Positions 37,101-49,812 of a stretch of DNA of 64,000 nt are shown here, one piece after another. Source of the stretch: Psilocybe cubensis (Eukaryota); the NCBI GenBank assembly GCA_017499595.2, contig CM038999.1, positions 186,001 to 250,000 on the forward strand, in the 5' to 3' direction. Position numbers and translations under genes: made by a program. The notes beneath the pieces were generated by a model, which saw nothing but the letters and a program-made list of their open reading frames with translations, was not told the origin of the DNA and did not search any database. Each line of letters starts with the position of its first letter. Within the stretch, counting starts at the first letter, position 1.

Positions 37101-39293
37101 ATTGACATTAATTTCCTGGGAAGACAAGAGGCGCTTAACAACATCAAGGTGATCATTGCAGGATGCAATCATAAGCGGTGTATTCCCGTATGCGGTTTTG
37201 ATGTTTATATCCACCTTCTGAGAACCAAGCATGGCATCCACAATAGAACCATAACCATTTGCCAAAGCATAATTGAGAGCTGTGAATCCATCTGTATTTT
37301 TTGTATTGACATTGACTCCCGGGACAGACAAGAGGTGCTTAACAACATCAAGATGACCTTGATATGCTGCCCATATAAGTGCTGTATCGCCAAATCTGTT
37401 TTGAATATTTACGTCCACCTCCGGAAAACGCAGAATTTCGGCCACAATCGAGCTGTAACCATTACGGGAAGCAAATATGAGAGCTGTAAATCCATTGGTA
37501 GTTTTAGTATTGACATTGATGTCTGGGACAGACAACAGGCGCTTAACCACACCGAGATGACCATGATATGACGAGTGGATAATGTATGATGGGCAACGAC
37601 CAGTATCCCCAGAAGAAGGATAGTTCATCAATGTCGCATAAATGAGAGCGGTATATCCATCACGGTCACGTCCGTTAACATTGATTTCTGGGAGTGTTAA
37701 AAGGTGCTCCACCACATCGATGTGTCCGTGGCCAGCGGCAAACATCAGCGCCGTGATTCCACTGCCCTCAAAACATGTATGTTTGAGGTCTACCGGAGTG
37801 AGTAACGGATCCATAATTGAATGTTCGTAGCTCCCACCAACATAGGAGGCCAATGTGTAACTGGGCTGATTACCCAGATTCACATTGACACCTGGTACAG
37901 CTAATAAGCGCTTGACAACCTCTTTGTGACCTGCACATGAAGCAAGCATAAGTGGCGTCATTCCTTCAGCGTATTCTATTCGGTGACGTTCTTCCGAATA
38001 TCTCAGCTGATCGCGAAATAACTTGTACAATTGCTCCGATCCTGTTACGAATACGTTTGGATTGATGTGTCTTGATGTCAACAGGATATCGATAATTGGA
38101 ACATGGCCCTGAAGAGTAGCGCGGACAAAGGCCATGGTACCCTTATGGTGTGAGATATCCAACTGGATTTTAGAAATAGGAAGAAGAGCCTTCACAATAT
38201 CGTTGTGGCCACGCAGTACTGAGACAGATAATGCAGTGAGGCCATGGCTCTCCTTCAGGTCAGGATCGAGGTTAGGAACGCCCAGCAGCTCTTTAACAAT
38301 TGGTAAGGAGTTTTTTGCGGCAGCAATTAGCAGCGCAGTGTGTCCATTTTCATCTTGGCAGTTAACTTTGATTCCAGGCGTCCCGATCAAGAGGCTCGCG
38401 ACTGCTGTACGATCCTTTAAGCAAGCGTACAGAAGTGCAGTACGTCCATTCAGATCCGTGAGATTGATGTCGATGTTAGGGGAAGCAAGCAGTGCACAGA
38501 CAGTATCAATATCACCAATATGCGAGGCATTCATCAGGGCAGTAGTGCCTCTGACGTCCTGAGAATTCGGATTGACTTTCCTTGTCGAAATAAGGGCCTT
38601 GATTATATCAACGTGTCCAAGGATGGCGGAGTACATCAATGCTGTGAGGCCTCGTTTGTTGCATAAATTGGGGTTGTTGTCTTTACGCAGAAGAATCAGG
38701 TTAGCAGTGAATTTATGGCCCTCCTTGCAGGCAAGAATGAGTGCAGTATCTCCGCTGTTGGTCTGTGCATTTACATCGATACAATTGCATGACAGAAGGG
38801 CCTCGACCACTGTGGTGCACCACATAGGACAGTTGTATAATTACGTACCTTACGATATATTTAAAAATGATGAATTAACGTAACATACGGAGTGATTTAC
38901 AATAAGTACTAAACTAAAAATAGCCCGTCCCCTACGGTCCAGCTGGAACGGCTAATTTAGCCCTTGCCACACGGGCCATTTATAAATAAATGGCCCCCTC
39001 GCTGGCCCATGACGGACCGTCATATTTGACCCGTCAGCGCATCACGGCAAAATTCGGAGCCGACTGCTCGCAGGACTCGTCCACGGGCCGTCATATTCTG
39101 CCCGTAAATGAATCACAGGATCAGTCCAAGCCGTAATATTAGCTTGCGGTACCTTATCTACTCCGAAAGCTATGCTTGACGCGGGAAAATATGAGCCGTG
39201 TTTGAAGAACCCGGGACATAACATACCCAAAAATTACATTAATCAGTGCCTCCGATAATCGATTCACCTACCAACCCACTGTCTTCAAACATA

Positions 39294-40534
39294 ATGAGTC
39301 AGCCCATTGATATGACCCGAGCCCTTTCTACTTACATGCAATCATACATGGCAAGCAAGGTCAACAATGGAATGCCTACATTGATTCCGGAAGATATGAC
39401 TGCCGAAACATTGTATGAGTGTAATCTAGCTGTTGAAATAATTCTGGAGGCCCGCTCAAATCAAGGTAAGTGCTAAAGAAATTTACCCAAAAGTCAAGGT
39501 CTCAGACTGCCTTATACCACATTAGAGCAAACTAAATGGAATGCAAACAATTATATTGAACACTTGTCAGAACGTTGCACTGGAAGAAACGATGCTGTTG
39601 AAGACAATCTAAAAAATTTATTTCCACCAATACATCTTCCAATGCTGTATCGGTGCAAACCCGGAACTGTGGCTGATAGTGAGGGGAACATTCTGGCATG
39701 GTATTTGCCTGGAATCTTGACGGAAAGACGGGTGGTGAGTGCTTTAAATGAATGTCAGGTAAATATCTGAAAACCTCAGAATTCTACATGGAAAATGCTA
39801 CAAAATATTGAAGGTCTCATTCGTATGACCCCTTCATCAACTAGCTGGAGGGCCAACAAAACTTACTTCAGACATGAGTCTGCCTGGCTGCGCCCAGGAA
39901 ATGCCAACTTTTCACCTGCTTGGTTTCAGCAGGGGCATGAGGTAGGGTGTTTTATTCCTTCTGTGACTTATTGATTTGAATGCTTTGGCAGCAATCCAAT
40001 CCGTTGGAGGTTTCGGCTGATCTCACACATCCCGACGGACTATCATTTATTGCCGGTCTAATGACTACTTCGGCATTGATCGGAGCCATCCTGAGTATTA
40101 TTCATCCGGCACAGTTTCGGGCCGGAATTGAGTTCCTTGAGCGGATATCGTCTCAACCCGAGATCATTCACAAGGCTGAACTTTTGAAGCATATCCTCAC
40201 TTTCTGGACTTCCCCCTTTGGCGTCATCAGTGTCATCAGCAATAGGGACACACCTTTTCATCGTGATAACGGGTCTTGTCACCCATGGTATGATTTGCTC
40301 ATGCCATTGGGCAACTATGAAAATGGGAGAATTGAACTTCCAGGAGTTGGCATAAGGTACAAGTATGATCCAACAACATTATTTGCAATTTCTGGAAGAG
40401 TGCTACAGCACGGGGTAATATGTAATGGAGACAGAGCAGTTTTAGCCTTTTATATGCGTAGATTGGTTTTGGAACGACTAGGAGTTAGCAAAGCGGGATG
40501 GTCAACTTCCTCCGATATTCTTCAAAACTTGTAG
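39294..40534 (+). CDS. TET/JBP-family 2-oxoglutarate/Fe(II) DNA dioxygenase, four exons
   Basis: ILAWYLPG, SWR, SPAWFQQGH, NRDTPFHRD (HxD), LQHGV (distal His), DRAVLAFYMR (2OG-binding Arg); no stops seen after splicing. Confidence 0.9.
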
Positions 40535-40548
40535 ATTTTAAATTGATC

Positions 40549-42330
40549 TCATTGCGAAGTATTGAAATTGTTATCTAAATTGTAACTACTGTCTTGATCA
40601 TCATCTTGATCTTCATCTTCATAGCTCCAGTCATTATGAGATTGTGTTTCATCATCAGAAACTTCTGAATCTTCCATGACGTCCGAGAACTCTTCAAAAT
40701 CTTCTTCATCTTCAATTTGTTCTGCCAATTGTTCTAAATAATCTGCAGGAACAGATGTGCCAGAAGAAGAGGAAGACGCACAGTCGTCATTATTTTCTCT
40801 ATAATTGTTCAAGGATGCGCGTGGATCCAGAACAAATACCTCGTTTGTGGAAGAACTGGAAGCCGAAACGGCAAAAGGTTTGACCGGGATGACGTTTGGA
40901 TCCGATGATTCGGCGGCAGTCTCCGGAGCCGTTTGAACGTTGACAACCCTCGATATTGGTGTAGAATACAGCCAAGGGGGGTGGAAAGGAAGCTCTTTCA
41001 AGGCGACAAATGAATAAAAGATGCCATTAATACAGAATGAGGCATCATTCATTTGAGAAAGAGCATTGTATTGCATTTCGGATAGACGAGCGTTCCAGCC
41101 ATCAGATTTTGGGTGTTCTGGATGCTGAAGCTTGTATTCGTCGGGGAGTGAAAAGTTATTCTCAAAAGGAGGCCTCCCATACTCGTAAGCTATGTTTTCT
41201 ATGATTGAATATCGGCCCACCAGGTCAGAAAAGTGGGCTACGGCTTCATCAGCAGTTTTCCTCATATCTGCAAGGTTAAGACGAAGATTGGCCAAAGATC
41301 TCATAACACGTGTAAAAATTGGCTGCCCGCATTTGGGGCAGTAGGGAGGCCTATGGTCCGAGATGGCAATGGGAGACATATGATCCCGAGTATTGGCAAC
41401 CGGCGGGGCAGCGGAGCGGCTTCCAGAAGGTTGTTTGGAGGCCTGAGGTCCTGAAGGAAAGCTATCCCTTGCCTTTGATGCTGAACCTTGTGGAGCTGTT
41501 TTTTTGGAACTTCCGGAGCTTTTTTGACGGTTTAAAGCTGAGGAAATTGACGAAATGGGGTGAGGGGCATCCGCCAAAGGTTGATCGGGGTAATTGGCTC
41601 CCGGCGTGGGCCTTTCGGAGTGCTGTGCTGCCGCCGGAGCGGCGGAATGGGTTTGTGCCGCAGACTCAGATGGACCACCTTTCTTGCTCAACTTGAGCTC
41701 TTCTGCATATCGCGGGAGAACAATCTATGTAGATTTATTAACAAACAATTATATAAAATAAATATGGTTCTATAGGTACCTTATTCCAAAACTCTCTGAC
41801 CTGAGACTCAATTGTGACATCAGAGACTTTCCAATCTTCGTCGGCTTTATGTCCAGGTTCCCACCAGTAGCCCCATGGTTTTGTTGATTTTAAAATATCG
41901 TTATCTTCCTCTGCTGACCAGCACTGGTTAAGTGATTGAAAGAGAACAGCATTATGATGGGGGTTGCTATTGAGAACAGCATGGACAGATTGGTTAAGGA
42001 TTTCTGCTATGAAGAAAGAGGTATCGACAGCAAATCCATTTATATAACAATATCCAAGAACTCTGAGCAATATAGCCTGCAACTTTATTTGAATAAATGA
42101 AGAATTAAAAGAATCATCTCACTTACTGCCTCTCTTTCCAACAATGAGAGCCATCTTGCCAAAGTGTCCGGCGGCACGCTTGATGCCGAACTAAGTAACA
42201 ATCGGTATCCAGTTCGGATCCGAGCACCACACAAATGAACATGCAGCTTTGCTAAAGCACGTCTTTCATCGTAGCTGAGAAGATAGTGTTCATCTTCAGT
42301 AGGGGGATTGAAGATACGAGGAAGGCTCAT
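40549..42330 (-). CDS. KDZ-2 conserved downstream gene (helical N-terminus, CPKC, acidic tail)
   Basis: Three exons (ORFs 42085, 41738, 40549); starts 77 bp after the transposase stop; positional homolog of 18374-19028. Confidence 0.65.
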
Positions 42331-42406
42331 GGTGGTCTTGTGGCAATATTGATCAGTTAGTTGGAGAAATATATAGATTACAAGTCTAGTGAATAGAACA
42401 GATGAC

Positions 42407-45400
42407 CTAATTTGTAGTTATAAAAATCCACACGGAGGGATAATTGCCGTTTATCTTCCGGAATTTGACATCGGCGGCCCGCCCCAAGTCATTCCACATT
42501 GCTATCTGCTTCTGACAGAAAGCCCTATGACCTGCCAAGCGGTCCGGAACAATTTCATGCCGTTCCTTCCAAGTCTTGGCCATGTGGACATAAAATCTCA
42601 CTGTCCATTCCATTTCTTTGTTTGTCAGGGATAGTTCTTCTTTCCATCTGTTTCTTTGTGCCCGAGCTCTGAGCCAGTTAAGACGAAAGACTTGCAAATT
42701 TTAGATAGTTTGTAGAGTCAAGAGAAAAGATAACTCACATTCGTTTACATATAATTGGTTATCAGCATTGAGTCCCTGGCGGGATCTCCAAATCCAACTA
42801 AGCCGGTCGGAACTGCCGCCCCGAACATTCGGATCCGAAATTGCCGCACTGTGCTTGCAATCATGGTCATATAAAACAGGAAACTCCCTCCGTATCTGCA
42901 TAATATCCTCTTCGGAATGACCGGCAATCCGAATCATTGCTATTCGGTTTGCATTGTATATCTTTTTGTGCAATTTCCAAGATGCATTCAACAGTTTGAC
43001 TCCATCCCATGCGCGGGTGCCTGTGTATACCGAATCTGCCATGCGGACTTGATATTTATATTGCCACGAGAGCTGAATCAGGGCTGATCTAACTGCCTCA
43101 AGGCAATCTTCAGCATGGCCCTGGCGAATGCGTAACTCGAGTTTTTGCAGCCCTTTAAGTTGGTGAGCCATGCCTTCTTCAAGATCTCGGAAATAATCAT
43201 CAAGCAGTGCTGACGGGAACGGGAGAGGTTGCCGTTCCGGATCCGCCCGGGTGATGTTGACATTCCCGATGTCGGCTATCTCATCATCGCTGACTTCGTC
43301 GTCAAGAACTGGGGTATTAACTCCTTGAATACTCTCCAAAGCCTCTTCCCCCAAGAATGTCAATGCAGTACGGCTGAAAGCCTCAACTCGTGTTCGCATT
43401 GACCGACGTTTATTAACCAAATCAAGCTGTTGAGCTGTGGATGGATGAGTTCCAAGTTTGCGAACATGGCTTCTTAGCTCTAATCTGTAGGGTATAAAAA
43501 TATATAAAATTCAAAAAAATAGAAAACATACTGAGCTTGTTCCAATTTCAAGCCAGATGAAATCCAAGCAGCTTTGCCTGTAGCTCCCGAGGAAGTCAGC
43601 TCCATATTTGAGAGATGTAATTCAATTTCTTGTCTTCCGGCAGCAGTTTTCACTTTGCTTGCCATTACTTGACTCATAGCATCGGATACTCCTTGATCCC
43701 GATCAAACTCGGCCTGTTTGATTTCTTGCTCCCATGTGTCAACTAGCTCGGGAGGTTGTTGTTCCGTAAGATTTCGGTAGAATGCTTCCGTTATACCGGA
43801 CTGTTCACCGGCCCGCTTGTACTTGGCCGCTATGGTGGCAGCTTTGCAAACAAGAAATTAGCACAGCAGACTCCATAGTAGTAGAAGTACTTACCCATGT
43901 TTATTGTTTTTTTCCAATTTGAATCACCCATGTGGTCATCCAGAACTTCAGCGCGGTGTGCAGTGGTTGCCGAACGAGTACTTCGGGAAGTATCATTGAG
44001 GACGGACCAGAGAGGTTCCAATATTTCTCCATCAATAATTCCAACGCCCGGAATGTAGGTTGAGGCATAATTGTACAAGCATTCAGATTTATGCCCATGG
44101 ACATGGAAAAGACCAATAGCAAAGGTTATTTTGACAGAGGGGGGCCAGTGCATCTTTGTAGAGTCAGTCAGACGCTTCATGAGATTGACACAATATTGGC
44201 AGTTGATATCGTAAATTTCCAGATGCCTAGTGATGCCTTTAGTATTTGTTGTTTCCCTTGCCTGTGTTAAGGACCAATCCATGTGCATTTGCTTCTCTCC
44301 TTTGTCGAAATCAACAACACTGTTAGGACAAAAGCATCCATGTCTTGCACACGCATGGGCGCCTATTCCTCTAACGCGTTTTCCAGGGCTAACTCTATTC
44401 TCTGCTTTTTGTGCATGGTAGTTGTGACAAGTTGGTTCCTGGAAAAGTTGTTAATCGGGAGTATGTTGAGCCGCGGCGGCAATACACTTACCCGTTTATA
44501 ACGTGGTGCCAGAGAAATAGCTTCCTTTATATGCTCCTTGTATGGCCCAGGATCGGTCATAAAACCTTCTCCAACACTGAGCCAGACGTCGTCTCCCTCG
44601 TTTTTTTGATTCAAATGATCGGCTTTGAAGTTTCCATCTGCCACATAGCTACGAATATAGATATCACTAATATAATGTGAGCCCAATAATTGAATGAAGG
44701 CATTCTGCTTACCTATCGGCTTCGAGAACCCAGTCATCAGGTAGGTTAACACCTGGCTGTGGACACGCTGGACAGAACAATGTCAAGGACCCTCTTTTAT
44801 CTGGCTCGTTTCTGGACGGAGGTTCAGGTGACATATTATTTGGGTCAGAATCACCTGGATCAACTTCCAACCGGGATGTTGTATCATTCCGTTCGGAATC
44901 TTCATTTGGTTCCGATTGTCGGGACGAAGAATTGTTCCGTGTTTGCCCTGGTTCCGGAGGTGTTATTGAGCCGAAAGGTTCCTGATCGGGATGCATTTCG
45001 GAGCCTTGTTGTGGGTATTTCAACTCCATATAAGCCTTTAGAGCCTGTTCAGAGTGTCCTTGACCGTGTATTTTGTGCAATATAAGGTTTCTGTATTGGC
45101 GACTAAGCCTTCTCAGTTCCCGATAGCGGTTCAGAACCTGTTTGGGAAATGAAGGTGAGGTAATGCGTCTGAGCTTTTGATAATATTGATAGCCCGAGGT
45201 TTTGCATTCAAGGTTGGTAACCCTAAAATCCTCCAGCACTTCCAGTGTAAACAAGGTTCGGATATTCTGAAAACTAGTAGCAAAAAGACCCATTTCCAGA
45301 TATTGCAAATCCAAAGGCAGCATGGCAGATCGGCAAGTACAAGTCCGAACGGGTAGATAGTGTACTCCGGATGTATGAATAATAACTTTGAATGGGATAC

Positions 45401-46393
45401 CATCATTATCTTCTGCCCTTGGACGGGGTTGATCGTGGAAGCTTGTATCAAGTTCCTCATACAAGTTGATATCCTCATCGTCTCCATCGTCCAGTTCAAA
45501 CAGAGTTGGGATTTCAGGATCTGCAAGAAGCTGAGATGTGAAAGACTCTTCGTCATTGTTTGCTGGTGTTGGACCAATGTCATGAGTATCCGTAACTTCG
45601 GCGGCATCACGAGTCCCGTTCCTGCTATATTCATCGGCGGCAAGTGATGTGCCGCTCCAATAGTTGTTTTCGGCGGCAGATTGAATCCCGTTTCCAACAT
45701 ATCCTTCGGCTCCAATGCTTGTCCCGTGGGTACTCTCGTTTAAGGGCAATTGTACTGGACACCTCTTCCCATTATGACCAAGATACAACCTAATACCCAC
45801 TTCCCATAAACCTCCAGGACGAAAGTACTCCCCTGTCCATTTCTCGACTCGGTGAAACGGAACCAGTTGATGGTTTTGTCTCAGACAGTGAGGGCAAACA
45901 AGTTGAGATCCAAAACATTCAAGGCATCTCCAACATCCCGGGAGTCTTTGGCATTGCTGGCATTGATTATCCCGACGCGGAGGAGGCGCCTCCCGACCAA
46001 TGAGTGTCCCGAGGTATATTTCTCTCTTTGGAAGCCACTCTCTAAGGTAGTCATTTTGAGACTAAGATAATAATTTGTGAGCAAGAACACCTCAATCCAT
46101 TGACACGGATATACCTTTCCTCCCGTCCTAACATCCTGTAACTCTCTCAAGTTGTCAATTACCTGCTGGTCTGTCAGATCTCCCGGATAGTGAGGTATGT
46201 CTGATTCATCTATATTGTGTTCAAAGTGTTGTAACATGTTTTGGGCAGGTAGAGGAATAGAAGTGGAAGAATGGCTTGTATCAGGTCTATATTTCCTTGG
46301 CCTTCCTCTTTTCCTTGAAGCCCCAGAAGACCAGCTTGCCTCCTTAGGGCCGTCGCTATCTGATCCATTATCTGGCACAGTATGAAAGCCCAT
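42407..46393 (-). CDS. CxC2-KDZ transposase (element 2), multi-exon; 5' end uncertain
   Basis: CQQC..WRCLEC..CPHC..PFHRVEKWTG, IHTSGVH..CTC, FCPACPQPGVNLP, VADGNFKADH, CARHGCF, YDINCQY, AIGLFHVHGHKSEC, DGEILEPLW, DDHMGDSNWKK, FRLNWLRARA. Confidence 0.93.
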
Positions 46394-47274
46394 GGAAGTG
46401 GGAAGCAAAGTGTCTGAGCACCTGTGAATTTCATTCTAAATACAGTATTCCATTGATAGCTCTTCACAATGTGCATTAAATTTATTTTAGTCTACATAAC
46501 CTTTTCGAGGGAGGAAATAGCTTTCATATGATCTATCTTGCAAGGAATTTGGAGAACTGTAGCCAGTTTTATGAACAAGTTTCATTTTGGATGTGCAGAA
46601 AATGGTCGTGATCCCAACAGAAATGCATAATGTGATCTACAATGACCTCTCAAAACCACTCTCCTGAAGTATTTTGGCCATAACTCTTCATGCACATGCT
46701 CCCTACTCCTCCGGCATATATCATATGAAAGGTATTTTAAATGTCTATCCAATGATAGTGTTTAGCAAATTTAAATCCATGTATGTGAGAAGATATATGC
46801 AATTTACTGAAATGTTGCCCAATTTGAACTTGCTGGGATTCCAATTTCTTTGCACAAGAAACACAGTTTAGAGTACTTTACACAGACTCTTAGATATTCA
46901 CCGTTTCAATTTTTTTAAGATTGGAGGTGGAAAGTCATTTGCTTACTTTTACATTTTTAAACATTTCCATGTGAGATATAACAGTCTTATATACAGAAAT
47001 TCAATTAATACATATACAATTTACTGCTCTCAAAATTGTGAGAGGATAGAGAAAGAACTGGGTGAGCTATAGTGAATATACTTTGTGATTGTGTGTGATG
47101 ATGACAAGAGATGTTTGCTCGCTGTCCCCGACGTTTGGGCGGGATTGCCAGATTAAGTAGTTTCCCATGTCTTAAAATAGTAATCAAGATCAAAATCTTA
47201 TTTTATCTCCGGTTGGTGGTAGATTATTCAGTCATTCGTTGATAAGCTAATATGATGCCCATCCCTTTGTACAA

Positions 47275-49499
47275 ATGCCTCCTCAACCTCCTCCCTCAAA
47301 CACCTCTGACAATTCAGGTCGCAGACCTTCTGTCCCTCCGCCCGGCGGCACTGTCGGGCCCGATATTCCTCCCGACGAGGAACAACTGTGGACAGCTAGG
47401 GAGATGAGAATTCTGAGAGGCAACGTTCAAAACTACAAAGACGCACCGAGATTATCTAAATCAGACTTTATTCGGAATACTATTGTGCCGTTAATCAAAG
47501 CCACATGGGATCACAAGTATTCGGAGGTTGCGATGAGAGCCGATAAAGCCTTGTTCAATGAATGGAAAGCTAAGAAAGATGTAAGTCATGTCTTTATTAT
47601 GAAATAGAGGCTAACATAAAATGCTAGAGACTCTTTAATTGGTTTGCAAACCATGCCTCAACCCCTCGAAATACCAAATTGGATGGTATGCATGGACGAG
47701 CAACCTTTCAAAGTGTTTTTCGGGAGAAAAAGGCAGCCGAAATTGAAGAAGAAGTGCAGCTTTTATCGGGAAATGCAAGACGGGGTAGCCCGCAATGGAT
47801 CAAGTTTTATCAGCAGGCAAGAAAACGAGTTGAATCTAGACTTACCATTGCGGAGAGAGAGGAATATGCTCGAATATTAGAGGAGTGGAAAAAGAAGGGT
47901 TTCTCCAAGACTTTGAAAGCAAAGTACGTTCGGCGGCATTACTCGGCTCCGATGCTTACCCATCCATAGGACTGCGAAACGACAAGGAAAGAAGATTCTT
48001 CACCAAATGGATCGAATCAAGTGGCTGAGGATGGGAATGAGATCTATTACATTTGAAGGCCATTACGATCTTGATGGAAAAATTGAATACTCAATGTGAG
48101 TTATTTTGTTATTTGAACACTTCTGTTTTTCGGGATGTATGTGGCTCCCGATGACCTTCGGGATTACATTGTGCCGGTCATGAGGACGGGACAACCTGTT
48201 GTCCCAATCATTAACAACTTGATGCTAACTCATTAACAGGACACAAACACACGATCTAGGGTTGGATGACCCTCGCATTCCTTCATTTGGACAACTATTT
48301 CCAGATGAATTAAAGTCGTTCAGAAGGGCGTTTGTGAAATATCTTGTCAAGGTTTCAGAGATTGAAAACGGAGTATCAACTCCCGCCGTCCCTGCAGGCA
48401 CTTTTCTTGAAAAGGATTTGAAGTTCAATAGCAATGGATTTCCATTGGTTCCGTCACCTATATACAACTCAAAGGGGAGGGAGACTAATGCAATACAAAA
48501 AACAATCATTAGAATCTATATGAACCGAGTGTATGGTGAGTAATGTATTGAATTAATTCAACATATGGCTGAAATGTTATAGCCTTGGCAAAAGATAGGA
48601 GTGGATCTCGAATCCCATGGGACTCCGTGGAGAAACATTTTGGAGAGATGATTGATCCCGAATATTGGCCAAGTTCCATTCCGTTCACGGATCCGAGCAG
48701 ACTCCGCGTTGATGACACTGCTGCTCTTCTGAGACATTGGAGACAGCGTCAGTCTCGTGGACTGATTCCTTTCAAGTTTGAAAGAGTATTGGCACGTGAT
48801 AATGAAGAACTGTTGGAACCATGTTACGCTTCAAACTTGTTTGAAGGTCTCCAAACAGTGCCTATAACCCCAGCACCAAGGCGCTTGACTACCTCAAGGA
48901 GAGTTTGTAGGAGACCTTGTCAAACATCTTTGAGTTTTTCAGAGCAATCTAATCCCTCTGATACTCATGATGGACACCCTCAACAAGATTCTATCAGTGT
49001 TGACAGCCCTGGTGTTGGAACTGCAAGTCGTGCACGGGATGATACTCAGGCCGATAACACTCGGAATGACATTCGGGCCGAACAGCCACGGGATAACACA
49101 CAAGCCAATAATCCTCGGGATGCAGCACGAGCCGATGAACATCGGGAAGACACTCAAGCTGATCCTCCTCGGGATGTTACTCGTGCCGAACAACGTCGGG
49201 ATGATAGTCAAGAACTCACAATCCCAACTAATGGAAGCCCCACAGTAGTAAACTCTTCCTTAAGACCTACTCCTGAACTTCAACAGCCAGGTACTAGCAA
49301 AGCTATACGCAAAGTTCAACCTCGGCCTAGGAAGAAAAATCAAAAATTAATTGGCAGTTCGGAGGCAAATGACCCCGTTCCACCACCGGCGGCAAGAGCC
49401 TCCCGACGCAAGCAAACTTCTGACGACTTAGCACTCCAGGAAGCAAATAACTTAGGCTTGACTGCAAAAAAAAGAAGAAAAGCTAGAGCCAAGAAATAA
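47275..49499 (+). CDS. KDZ-2 conserved accessory protein, divergent from the transposase (possible HMG-like segment)
   Basis: Multi-exon; FYQQARKRVESRLTIAEREEYARILEEWKK resembles HMG-box helix 3; RIPW..IDPEYWP..FTDPS..LLRHW..RQ; homolog of 11661-14444. Confidence 0.75.
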
Positions 49500-49812
49500 C
49501 AGGTTGTTTAGTTAGTTTAATGCAACATAACATTGCTTTTATAGAACTCAAACTTCTTTATTTTTCACTCAAAGCTCATTGTTCATCCAACATATGGAGC
49601 AAAAGAAAAATATCTTTATATACAGGACATTAAACATTATAAAGACATATAGGGCAAATATACTATGTGAGGCAGAATAGAAAATGAAGTGATTGGTCAA
49701 GCAAAAAAACACCAAGTAGGAATGCCCAAGAGACAAGAAGAAAAGACCAATGAAATATAGCACAGGAAAAGAAAGTAGGTAACATACATAAAAAAACACA
49801 CCCAACCTGTGA

